From positions 11,408,001 through 11,472,000 of the forward strand of contig CM120649.1 in assembly GCA_051362555.1 (NCBI GenBank): DNA of 64,000 nt, written 5' to 3'. Below the pieces are notes generated by a model that saw only the letters and a program-made list of their open reading frames with translations, did no database searches and was not told the origin of the DNA. This stretch comes from Lingula anatina. Taxonomy: Eukaryota > Animalia > Brachiopoda. This document shows positions 13,848 to 25,020 of the stretch, piece after piece. Numbering within the stretch: position 1 is the first letter of the stretch; each line of letters starts with the position of its first letter. Both the position numbers and the translations under genes were made by a program.

Positions 13848-14381
13848 ATGTGTGTGTGTGCGTGCACCGTGCATTTCTTTTTGTAACATCTTTGGTGATA
13901 TATACCTATAACCTGTATAAAAAATTATTAAGTGACATATTCTATATTAAGTCTATTTTATATATTCCAGGCTTGGTAGGTATACCAGTAGGGATAGGAG
14001 TAAAGGCACACTGGCAGTTGTTCTGGCTCTAAAATAATCCCTGCAATAAATCTACTAATATAATCCATCTTCCAGGTCTGGTAGGGATAGGGATAGGAGT
14101 GGGTGTGGCCCTGGCAGTCCTACTGGCCCTAGAATAATAATCTCCATAATAATCTCTAATATAACCTATCTTCCAGGTCTGGTAGGGATAGGGATAGGAG
14201 TGGGTGTGGCCCTGGCAGTCCTACTGGCCCTAGAATAATAATCTCCATAATAATCTCTAATATAACCTATCTTCCAGGTCTGGTAGGGATAGGGATAGGA
14301 GTGGGTGTGGCCCTGGCAGTCCTGCTGGCCCTGGGGATATGTCTAGGCTGCTGCATATGGAGAAGGTAAGATCTTGTCTAT

Positions 14382-14424
<43 letters not shown>

Positions 14425-15445
14425 TTCAAATAATTGCAGGTCAAATTATTTGTAAATTAATTATTATTATTAGTTTTAAGCCGAGCAAAAGTCTTTTCTG
14501 ACTCACAATTTGTTCTAGGTTCTGTGTCATTGGGTCTATTAAAAAGGGTAAAGAGGCCTAATTTTCAAATAAAAAAGTAATAATAATAATATTAATTAAT
14601 CAAATTGCTAGCTTAAGCTCTGTAAAATTGGTCCACTAGCAATAATTAAATGTTATTGATACAAAGTGAAGCTCGATTTCGGTTCGTTGTGATATTATTG
14701 ATAGTTGTTTATTGATAGAGGAAGCTGAAAGCTTTTTAAAAAGATTTGAATTTTTAAGAGTTTTGAAAAATATTTTCTGTTTTTCAAAATATGTAAAATA
14801 TTTTGAAAAATATTTATACATTTTTAATTGCCATTTTCCAGAAGAATTTCTCGCGAGGATTCGGACACAGGTCGACAGTACGATACCGTGACGTACTCGG
14901 AAGTGATGAATGCACAGAGAGAGGGGGTCATTTCTGATAACTCCAGGAATCTGGAGACAGAAAAAACTACGTTGACTGAGACAGAAGCTCCTCCTAAATA
15001 TGAGGATTTGTTCGGGGCTAGCAGTGGTGCTGCTGCAAATGCGCCCTCTGGTGAACAGTTAGAGATGTCTGAATTTTCCAGGTCTGAACCGACACAACCA
15101 GAATCATCACAACCAGAACTTTCTCAACAAACGCAATCTGACGCGTCACATCCATCTGGCACAGACCATTCGCTTCCTGTAGAATCTCAGCCAATGGAAT
15201 CAGCTGGTGCTTTGGACCGTACGGAAACTGAGCCTGAGGTGGCGTCACAGATCGTCTCTCAACAGCAGACGTCTGCTGGAGATGAACCCTTTCCAGGTCA
15301 ACCAACTACAGAAAATGGGGATGTTGTCCCAGAAGAAGGGGCTGCAGCAACAGACCCTCTTCTGTCCAATCAAGCCATTTCCGGTGATACGGGAGGTGAT
15401 TTGAAACACCAACAAATCGCAAAACCTACCAGCGCTTCCCAATAG
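3969..15445 (+). CDS. Type-I transmembrane C-type lectin domain receptor, about 421 aa, 7 coding exons
   Basis: Exons: 3969-4035 (signal MGLGFNCRFLLFYILYALRCIK), 4690-4780, 5425-5627 (CYQF..W.KAR..C...GGKLA..WIG), 6033-6197 (FTDWAPGEPG..DCV..W...C....FICQF), 10178-10225 (stalk), 14278-14365 (TM GLVGIGIGVGVALAVLLALGICLGCCIWRR), 14842-15445 (acidic disordered tail). All phases join in frame (1266 nt). AATAAA at 15865. Confidence 0.9.
4995..5340. mobile_element. Non-autonomous DNA transposon relic, TTAA-flanked (Kolobok-like)
   Basis: Ends TTAAAG.../...gaagagttattatcccTTTAA. The core ccatacttaccaatggttaatgaatcc recurs at about 8320 and about 29040. Confidence 0.55.
6345..6565. repeat. Degenerate intronic minisatellite
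   Basis: Recurring gctgaaat-(g/a)tattgacc..tgtag-aatgta unit, about 4 decayed copies. Confidence 0.45.
7491..8614. mobile_element. PIF/Harbinger-like non-autonomous element with a nested Kolobok-like fragment (about 8253-8416)
   Basis: TIR ggccacacttttttatttt(t)atggatgacatcct / aggatgtcatccataaaattaaaaaagtgtggcc. TAA target duplication on both sides (7488-7490, 8615-8617). Confidence 0.85.
9465..9642. mobile_element. Small Harbinger/Tourist-like MITE
   Basis: TAA|ggccacattcaca ... tgtgaatgaagcc|TAA: imperfect TIR plus TAA TSD. Confidence 0.6.
10749..11005. mobile_element. Approximately 250-bp palindromic MITE, copy 1 of 3
   Basis: TAA|gactgggttcca...tgggaatggtccc|TAA, internally near-palindromic. 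Homologous to 27483-27731 and 51841-52089. Confidence 0.75.
13104..13151. repeat. (TA)n microsatellite
   Basis: Read directly. Other microsatellites: (CT)n about 2325-2358, (CA)n about 13810-13845 and 44580-44619, (AG)n about 32362-32402 and 46640-46680, (AAT)n about 45163-45201 and 63312-63345. Confidence 0.95.
13950..14332 (+). repeat. 101-bp tandem repeat made of the splice acceptor plus the 5' part of the lectin TM exon (4 copies)
   Basis: TTCCAG|G acceptors open at 13971 (diverged), 14076, 14177 and 14278. Copies 2 and 3 are essentially identical. Only copy 4 runs on to a GTAAG donor. Confidence 0.92.
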
Positions 15446-16435
15446 TGTCTGCAGATATTGATTTTCTTAAAAAAGAGCAATTATCATTGCATTTTATGGG
15501 TTCTGATCAATGCGATCGCCTTTTGTATGGCTTAAATAATTAGCGACAAGGCTGCTGCATGATACTTCAGTTATAAACCACTGGTGTATGTGTTGGTATC
15601 AAATGTGAATAGATACTAAAAGCATTAAATGGGACGGAGATATAAAACGAGGCACATAAAGATAAAATGTGGGATTGCGTATTTATAATGCACAGTGATA
15701 ATACGCCAAGGTATTTAAAGTGGTGGGGTTCTCTTTTACTGAAATCAGTGGTGTGACATACTAACCCCCTATTTTTAGACAATTTCTGACCTTTATTGAA
15801 AAGTGTTGTCCTCTTACATGTATTTATAAAGTGTTAAATCATGACATATTCTCCAATTACAAGCAATAAAAATGTTTCTTTATTCATAGCTGTATAGTGC
15901 TAAGAAACTGATGTATGTTAAAAATGAATGTATTTGTGATGTTTGTCCAGTATTGTAACAAAATAGGTCAGTATAATGTTAAAAAATACAATGCAGGCAA
16001 AATTTATGTTGAATTTCAGCAACATTGCATTGTGGATTTATGTGTCAGGGAATCTGCATTAGTTTTATTCATTAACGATATGAGAGCATTATTATTATTA
16101 GTATCATTAACCACGTGTTTATGTTTGTGCCAAGAGGCCGACATGGTGTTGCAATTATCATTAATAAGGTGCATACAAAACGAGTGCCCACCAAGAGACA
16201 CGACCGAAAACAAGGACAGTGTGCGTGTACTGGTAAACATTGTAGGATCTGCTTCTTAATTTGGTTACTGGGAATGAATGAGAGAAGACAGATCATTTAG
16301 CTGAGTCCTGCATTTCAGTGTGTACAGTAAGAACGTGGTCACATTTTTATTTTATAATTTTTTATTTATATAATTACGTGTCTGTCTCAAAGGATCTGCC
16401 TCTAGACCTGTTTAATTTATTTATTTTATTTTATT

Positions 16436-16467
<32 letters not shown>

Positions 16468-18102
16468 TTTTTTTTATTTTTTTTTTTTTTTTTGCTAGAT
16501 GTAATCATAGTAGTTTGTGCTAAATCTGAAACATAAGCAAGGGCTTTCTTATTATTAAAATAGGAACAATATTCCATTTGCTCTGCGACTGATTTTTATC
16601 TTGCATTAAAGTCAGCGGAAATGTTTTCTGAGCCATTTTCTCCAACAAAGTATTTTTTGTTTGTTTGTTTGTTTGTTTGCTAAGGTTCCTGGTTAATGTT
16701 CTTCTTAGGCACTGGATCATACGTAAAATTAACAGTCTTGAAATCAAAGTAACATTCCTTTTTTGTTAAAATTTTTATTCTAACAGGTGAAATGTCATCA
16801 GTGCTGATTCATCATTGTACTCGTAGTCACTTTTAAACGTATTTTATTAACCGGTTACCTCGTAGGAATATGTTAACCATATCGTTACACTTTTATCGAT
16901 TTTTTTAATGGTAAGGAAGTTAGAATTTAACAGTTCCGCCAAGTAATGGTTTTGTTTGGATACGGTCACAATAATACATTTTTTTTTTTTAATTCAAATT
17001 TTTATACTAATGGAATAAATATTACTAAATTTTCCCCGCTGGTCGTGTTTAGCGTTGTTTATCAATATGTTGCAATCATCTACCCCTGAGCGTTGCTATA
17101 GAAACAGGGCAACGACCCGGCTGTTACACGCCATTGTACTTATTTTGGGAACAATTTGGTTGCAAGGGGGGGTGGAGGAGTTAGAAGTCGATTGTCATTT
17201 GCTCTGACTGGGTGCTATTTTCCGTATACAGTTCTCTGGATACTGCGTTGTAAAGATTTAATGTGCTGCACAGGTTAATGATACTGGTGCAATACGAAAA
17301 ATATGTCCACCAAGATTTTTGCCTTTACTCCGAGCCGTGTAGTTTTAAGTTACGATTAAAAATGCATGTGAAATAGGAAAGAAATAGTTCAAGGTGCAGA
17401 TCAATACTAGCTAGAATTTGCACCTATTTGAGCTCGTTTTCTTGACAAGTTTTTGACATCTTAATTCTTTAAGCGAATCCTTGCAACCAGATTTATAATA
17501 AAACAATAAGTTCATCTTATCTACAATATATACATCCAAGGTGATAGCTAAACTTGTAGCCGAACATATGAAATCAAGATAACTGGGATCACTTTAATTT
17601 CAATAAGAACACTGCATGTATAGTAGCTTTAACATAACGTTGTTACAACGATAACTGACCAAGAATTAAGTGGACAGGTAGTAAACGTTTAAAACTGAAA
17701 GAGGAAGACCTCAGGTCTGTTGCAAATATTTTATTGCTCTCATGTAAAATCTACAATGCATTGAAGCTGTTCTGGCAAAAGCACTATCCAAAGTTTTAAC
17801 AACAACATAGTCCGTCGCATACTTCTTTGTGAAGCATATTCTAGTAGCATAACTTCCAAGTTATGTTGACTCTCAATCATAAAAGATACGATGTCGAAGC
17901 TGCCTTAGGTAGTATCTTAGGCGCACAGCGAGTAAGAGCATAAAGAGTCACTTTTGATGCCCTCAGTGGGACACCTAATGATTTAAATTTCAGTGATTAG
18001 AGCTAGGCTTTGTTCGCAGTAACGAGCGATTGAGTGCGTTAATTAAACCAGCAAAGGTCTCTGTGTCTTATCATTGGATAACACGGATTTCACACCGTTA
18101 AC

Positions 18103-19437
18103 TTAGTGAACACCACTACCGTCTGAAATGAAAAGTAAGATTTCATTAGAATCCTGTTTATAGTGTTCATGTTCATAGCAGAACAGACTAAAGTGACGTT
18201 CAGCATTTTCTCTATGGTGCCAGAACCTATGAAACCAACCAAATTATCAAGGCAGACGAATAAAAAGCAGTAAGCCAGAAAAAGCAGTATCAGTAAGCCC
18301 TTGACATCAACCGCCATTCCCTGCCCAAACTGCAGCAAATCCTTTCTAGCAAAGATTGGCCTTAGCAGCCATCTGCGCACACACAGAACACAAATCACTA
18401 ACTCATAGGATGACTAGATGGTCCTCGTTCATTTCGACGGACGAACCATACATTTATAGTGTGATGAAAAACTGAAATTACGACATCAGTGTCGTGTCAT
18501 GTGCAACAACTCCTTTTCTCTTTATTGAAAACAATGTCAGTCATTAAAATATTGGTGAAAGTAAAACACATACCTGGAACGCAGACATTAACATTGTTGT
18601 AGTCAGTCAAGTATCTATTGTACACCTGGCCGTAAGGACAAGGTCTGGAGAAGGCGTTACCAGCTTCGTCACACTGGATGTAACAGCGGGGGTCGCTGTG
18701 CTCGTAGTAGAAACGGTTGGGAGCGTAAACCTTAGTGTGCTTGCCGTAGTGGTCCACGCGGTACACGCTGTTCAGGGGTGGACACTGGACTATGTACATG
18801 AAAGAAAAGAGAAGAAATTATAAATAACCTTATTTCTCCTGTTATCAGTGTGTAATCACATATACCGGTATTTGTGATTACTACGCCGGTCAGAGTTTAC
18901 GTAGGTGCACTGCCAGAATAAAGCAGATCTGAACTAGAAAAGCACACGTAGAACTCTGACAAGACAAATAATTGACCACTTATTGACAATGATTTAAGAA
19001 TGTGAGTTATATAGTTGACTATGCTTGACGATCAATGTCTCATTTTCTTATCACACCTGTTTGAAAATAGGCATGCTTTAATGAAACTGTTAGAAACCAT
19101 TCTCTCTCATGTTGAGAGAGAGAGAGAGAGAGAGAGTTGATCATCATGTTATATACTCACAGTATTCATGGCTGCACTGGTAAGCAGGTGGATGGTACAC
19201 CGGCGGTGGGTAGGTAGACGGTGGGTAGGTTGGCGATGGGTAGGTAGACGGTGGGTAGGTTGACGGCGGGTAGGTTGACGGCGGGTAGGTTGTCGGGTAG
19301 GTTGGCGGTGGGTAGGTTGGCTGCTGGTAGCCCTGCGGTTGGTAGCTTTGTTGTTGTCCGTATCCCTGGCGTGGGTAGGGAGTTGATCGAACAACAGCCA
19401 CACCGATGGCGACAACAAGAACTTCCAAGATCTTCAT
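18103..19437 (-). CDS. Secreted Tyr/Pro-rich repeat protein with a C-terminal chitin-binding type-2 (CBM14/peritrophin-A)-like domain, paralog A, 170 aa
   Basis: Exons 19437-19161 (signal MKILEVLVVAIGVAVVRS, then (P/S)TYPP repeats, CSHEY), 18789-18574 (FQCPP..FYYEHSDPRCYIQCDEAGNAFSRPCPYGQVYN..VCVP), 18122-18103 (DGSGVH*). GT-AG, phases 1-1. TATA-like TATTTAA about 100 bp upstream, AATAAA at 17737-17732. Confidence 0.9.
18167..18452 (+). mobile_element. 5'-truncated RTE-clade LINE 3' end in intron 2 of paralog A
   Basis: Decayed frame ...GARTYETNQIIKADE*...IPCPNCSKSFLAKIGLSSHLRTHR, a C2H2 tail typical of RTE ORFs. Flanked by the 10-bp direct repeat TTTATAGTGT (18157-18166, 18453-18462). Absent from the matching intron of paralog B. 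Confidence 0.8.
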
Positions 19438-20880
19438 TTTCTTTAGACGCCTGTGCTGCAAATGTGATTGAAGTTCCCTTACGTGGATGAACCGGACTGT
19501 GACTGGTAAAGTGCGCTGTAAAATGTGGCTTGCTCCTTAAATACCTGTCCATCTAAACGCTGATGTGAATGAAGGGATGGGATTTACAGCCGGAGGCTCC
19601 TTTAAATTAATTTTGTAATCTAATGAAGAGGGATAATTACGGTTTGTGCGCCTTGGGTGCTGTATTTGGAACCTTTGCCATCTTATTGAAATTCGTGTCA
19701 ACAACGGAAGTTTTACCTTCCTCCAGAACGAAATTTATACAGATGTTTCCCCGTTTTCATAGTCAGGGTGACAGAGGGAGATGGGTGAGGAGTTATTCTA
19801 AAATTGCATATACGGATTGAATATTCAGCGTTCTTCATATTTTCTGCTTTTTACTAATTGCCAGCTAGTCGTGTCCGAAGACTTGCATTCTTTACGAGTT
19901 ACTGTCCTACAGCAGTCAACGGGAGCAAAATAAAATCATTACCCGCAGAAAACAAAGCACGTTTACACTTTCACCTTATAGATGGGATGGGTGTACAATA
20001 TGATTAAGACATTGGCCAGCGTCTCGGCGCAAGAAACGTTCTGTTGCCAAGTCCGCTCTTCCAAATAAATTCATGCATAGGATGGGATTTTTAATGGCAG
20101 TATTCTATCAAAAGCTCATTAAATCGCCACTCCGACCAATGTCACGCCATACCGTCAACATCTGAATACTGTGGAGAGCATTTAATGCTTTTAGCCTTTG
20201 CCTCCATTTCTTTCGAATAAACGTTGTTAAAAAAATCTGAATACTGCAACAGGCTCTATACAAGACATCAAAGACGACGATTGCCAGCTGTAAAAAAGCA
20301 ATTAAAACATTAAGTCATATGAATGATGATGAAGGCTGTAGGCTGTGAGTTCATCAGGTTATGGAAGTGAAAATGAATGGCCACGTTTCTCTTGATGCAG
20401 AATGTTGAGGCTCCTCTCAGTTTGACTAGTTGTTTGAACTTTATTTGCATCGAGTGCCTGGAAGTCTTGGAAATCTGCTGGATTTCAGAGCCAAAATGGT
20501 GAGCAACGGTTTTGTTAAGGTTATTTATGCGTTTTAGTAATCACCACGTATGGGTAGTACGTTTTATGATGATTGCCCTGTGTAAATTTTGACTGACGAT
20601 AAAAGCTGTGAATTGATATGGAATCGTCTTAGATTTGTCACGTTTTTCGTGATGCAGATTTGATGATCTTGTCATTCGAGCTCGTCGCCACGTGCGTGTG
20701 GAAGTGTCTCAAACAGCTGGATGGTAGGCCTACTAAGGTCGAAATGGTAAGTATAAGTGCTGTTTCAAATGTGGCATTAAATTTATTTGTTTAACGCGTA
20801 AAATTTACGTTTTTTATTATGACTTTCTGACAAAATTAAATTTATTTTCAATTAAATGAAGACATATATAACATAAAAAT
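19438..20880. repeat. Duplicated upstream/promoter block shared by paralogs A and B (about 37899-39450); partial third copy at about 25215-25750
   Basis: Collinear matches such as ctaaacgctgatgt, gggtgctgtatttggaacctttgccatctt, aaagcacgt.tacactttcacctt..agatgggatgggtgtacaatat and gaaatctgctg.atttcagagccaaaa.ggtgagca.cggttttt. Confidence 0.85.
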
Positions 20881-21469
20881 GTATGTAATTATAAATAATA
20901 CGACGGAATCTGATCTCATGGTTTCAGTTATGAAATTTCCTCGTGTTATCTTTCAAATTATTCTTGTTGTCTTGCATTATCCGTTAATTGTCTTCGTCAG
21001 TGTGGTTTGACTCAAAGAACAAATGGCGCAGAATATTCTGAGTTCAAAAAAGGTTTGGTAATATAGTTACAACCGTGTCTTCATGATAAATGTGTCAGTG
21101 TTAAAATATTTTAAATCGTTAAATTAGTTTCATATATAGGATAAGATTTTCAAAGGCCCATTTCATTACTCTCCCAAGTAAATGGATCTGTTAATTAATA
21201 GACGAAATATTGTTAAAGTGACGACAACTATTTTAAAGTTCATACGATTTTTCACCGGGTTCCCTATTCTTACTCGCTACCATCTGTACCTATTTTCTTT
21301 CTATTCAATATGAGGGACTTTTTATTGCTCTCGATAAAATAAAATCTACTTTACAATGAAGTTGTCATGGGAAAAGCATGATATCCATACATTCTGAACA
21401 ACTGTATCACTTCCATTTGCAAGATTTGGCTTTAGTGGTTCTACAGGCTTTATTACGACAACTCATTTG

Positions 21470-21750
21470 TTTATTGTTCTCGTCTGGTGAATGAATTGTT
21501 GCAGAAACGCAATGTCCTGAAAATAAAAAACATCGTTAAAACCTGCCGTTAACCCTTCTGAGCGCCTGTGACATGAATTGGAGTGTGCAGTGCAGATGAG
21601 AACCAACCCCCTAATAATCTGGTCCAAGCTTTTAAGAAATTTTGGGACAATATCACACGAAACATCTGTTACCGGGTACCTTTGTTGAAGTTATGCCGTG
21701 CCACCTACAGAGGTAATTGCTGTGCGCGGCAGATACTATATTAAATGTCC
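21470..21750 (+). mobile_element. Degraded Tc1 transposase 3' fragment
   Basis: gagcgcctgtgacatgaattggagtgtgca...taataatctgg...tgggacaatatc matches the Tc1 C-terminal arms at 32700-33000 and 37170-37350. Confidence 0.7.
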
Positions 21751-23767
21751 AAAGTGCCAAAACTGAGAGCAGTGAGAGCCCCTGAGCGTTGGCAACTTTT
21801 AAGGTAATGCCCTTATGATATTTCTGTCTAATACATTTTTCTTTTTTTTTATATGCATACATGTAGGTTACAATATTGCATACATATTAAGCTGTAAAAA
21901 TGATAGGCACCCATGTTATTTTTGTTGCTATGGTGATTTGAACTTTGTATTCAATTAATATAGAATCCTATGGGAAATTTAATTGTTTTTTTTTTTTTAT
22001 ATATATTTTCAATCTTAACAGATGAAATGCGTTCATAGTCCATATATCCTACACATAGTGTTCAGTAGATATGACAGACATAGATTTAAAAAAAATGATA
22101 GGTACCCATGCAAATTTTGCTGCTATGGTGATTTATTTTAGCATAAAACTTTTTTTCATTTTCATGGTACACTCTGGAAATTCACTTTGCAAACATAGCA
22201 TTTCAACCACTTACCTAACCACACTATCTATATTTCTCTTTTGTTTAAATATAAATGGAGAGTATTTTTTATTAAAAAGCATTTGTGAATCAATTTTAGC
22301 CAGCCTGTTAACGTCAACTTGCGTGCATTGCTACATCGCCAGGAGCAGATCAACAAAAATACGCTTATGCGCAACGTAGTTGCGCATTGTAGCATAAGCA
22401 TAACCTTAAGTAATTTTATTAAATGCACCCAACAATTTAAATTCTAGTCCAGTTCTTGAAGGTGGCTTTTTGAAAATGTTTAATATACAATAAGTCTTTA
22501 TTATAAAGCTACCATCCATTTCTGGTTGCAAATAAATATTAAATGAGGAAGTGGAAGTACTGTCTGGATTTTATTTGGTGGAAGGATGCAAGGGGGCAAA
22601 ATGTTTCAGAAAGACTTTCGGGCAGAGGGGAGGCGACGGTATGATCATGTAATCAAACCAGATAATTCTCAACAAAACTTAAAATATTTTTGTTGGAAAG
22701 AATAAAGCAACATGATGAGTTGAAGCCACCTGACAATATAAATTATTCAAAAGTGTTTCTACAGAACTAAAGTGATAAGTTGACAAATTAAAGAAATCCG
22801 TGGAAGAGAACAATGTGACAAATTTTCGCAATTTGTGGCAAATTAGAATGTGTTCAGGAATGCGAAGACAAATTTAATGAAAAACGTTTAAGTGGTGCGA
22901 ATTCACTGAGTGAGGAAATTTCGGAGGCCCTAGTTTGCAAACAAATGAAGAAAAAAAAAGCCAGCCTCGCTAATGTAGAGTCAACAACCAAAAAAGGAGA
23001 CAGAAAGACAATAAAGCAAAAACCAAGAAACACAAAGTCTATGCAGCACGAGGAAATAACTTGTACAAGAGTACTCTCCTGAATAGTTTCAAGGTCTTTT
23101 TAATATGGGGATGTCATATAAGACTCTGAACTACTAAAAAATAAGTAGCAATTTCAGAATTAAGTAAACAAGACATCAAGTGTTTTACGTTATTATTTTC
23201 ACATAACTTTATCACGAAGGATGCATTGCTAAATGTGTTCACTGAAACTTACACGTAGAGCTGCTAAAAGATTACGATGATGCAGAAAGTGACACGGTAG
23301 ATGTGAGAAATATGGAAGATGACTAGTTTATTTATTTACATTTAGAATAAAACTTTCTGTGTCAGGCTTTCTAAATGATATGCTATTATAACTGTTCTTT
23401 AACTTCTACAAGAATCAGTTGCTGTTTGTTCTTTAAAACGCTTGTAAAAGAGAAAAAACAGATGTTGTTCTCAATCCTCTTTTAGGCTGTATTAATTAAC
23501 ATACATTATAGTTGTTCTCTAAAATTGCGCCTAATTGGTGCCTAAAATAAAACTTGATAAAATGAGGTCCACCCCAAATGCATTCTGGCTCAATATGTTG
23601 GTGTATTTTACATAACAAGTTATTTGTTCATCAATTGTTTCCTTTAGTTTTATGTTCATAAGACAGTCTAAGCTTCTTTTAAAATCAGCCCAAAAGCTGC
23701 AAAGTACTTGGTAATATGGTTCATTGTTTCAAGATATGTCAATCTTAAACCTGTTCGATCGTTTGAC

Positions 23768-25020
23768 TTTTTTTTTTTTTTATTGTTTTTATTACCCATT
23801 TTACAGAGGAATGCCATTGAACATAACAATTTTTACATTAAATCCTGAAATATTAATGAGACAATATGCAAATTTCTATGTCCTAGAGTATTATACCTCC
23901 TCTTACAAATCTTAAGTATTTTATAAACAAGAAAGTCAGGTTAATGAAGTCTAGTATTTTTGAAATCAATAAATCATAGCAATCAATAAATATCTATATA
24001 AAGGTATACAAAACAGATTTGTTCAAAGTGAGTGTGCAGGAAGGAAGAATGATGATTAAAACTAATATGAATTACGTATACTTTTCTTTCAGTATTTAAA
24101 TCAGCAAAAACAAAAACATCACAGCACCTCTATAAAGTGGGTTTATATATAAACACATATTGACAAGGACAAGACATAGGACACCTTTCACTCACTCATT
24201 CATTCATATAGTAACAAGTCATTAATATACATGTATTAATTATATTTCCAAAGTTATGTGATTCAAATATAGCCCCCACTTTTTTTCAAATTTTTGAAGA
24301 CAATTATTTCTCTGAGAAATTTGTTTTTCTACTTTGCAATAATATTGTATTTCAAATTTCAAACTATCCAGGCATGGCAGATTCTTTCTCATTTTTTGTT
24401 TATAAATATGTAATCTTGCTAATGCAATAAACAGATTTAGCCGTTTATACTTTTTCCCAATTTTTCCAAAAATAATATCTACTGGACTAAGATCTATATT
24501 GAATTGATGTAATTCACTTATCCATCCACAAAAAGATGTCCAGAAGGTATTAACATGATCACATGCTACAAAAAGATGGAGCAATGACTCTATCTCTACA
24601 TTACAAAAGTCACATTTGTCCTCATTTACCAACCTAATTTTTTTTAGATAGCAATTTGTACTCAATATCCGATGAATAAGTCTATAATGGAACCATCTTA
24701 GCTTTACATCAATTGTGACAAAGAAAATAGATGAATAATATTTTTTCCATAGTTCGTTATCTGCCGTGAAATTAAGATCTCTTTCCCATTTATATTCACT
24801 TGACAATTTCGATTGAGTTGTCGATAAAAAAACATTGTAAAATTCTTTTGATCCTTTCTTACTTTTATTCAGCCAGTAAAATAATATTGGTTGAGAAGGC
24901 AGTTGTTGCAAAGAGTTTATGATAGAATTAATAGTCCATTCACTCAAAATAGCATTTCTTAAAGCCATAAAAATTGTAAAGGCCGGTCTGAAGTTGTATT
25001 TAATACAGAATTCGTCATAG
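23768..25020 (-). mobile_element. 5'-truncated L1/Tx1-type LINE: ORF2 C-terminal zinc-binding (zf-RVT) region, 3' UTR and poly(A) tail
   Basis: ORF 24240-24968 contains KLRWFHYRLIHRILSTN..L.KI....DKCDFC..EIESLLHLF..C..V..FW. On the minus strand it ends in CAATAAAAAAAAAAAAAA at 23785-23768. Confidence 0.88.

Noticed and set aside
15915-16747. Cluster of 60-114 aa ORFs downstream of the lectin gene
   Set aside because: Low-complexity AT-rich frames without splice or domain support.
19149-19552. Overlapping alternative-frame and antisense ORFs with repeats (RQPT, NLPT, GRL)
   Set aside because: Shadows of the 15-bp coding repeat in paralog A exon 1. Only the signal-peptide frame splices to exon 2.
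22480-23400. Purine-rich, coding-like stretch, possibly a decayed transposase
   Set aside because: Many stops and frameshifts and no diagnostic motif or ends that I could identify.
24240-24968. 242-aa ORF as a host gene
   Set aside because: It is the C-terminal part of a LINE ORF2, followed by a genomic poly(A) tail.
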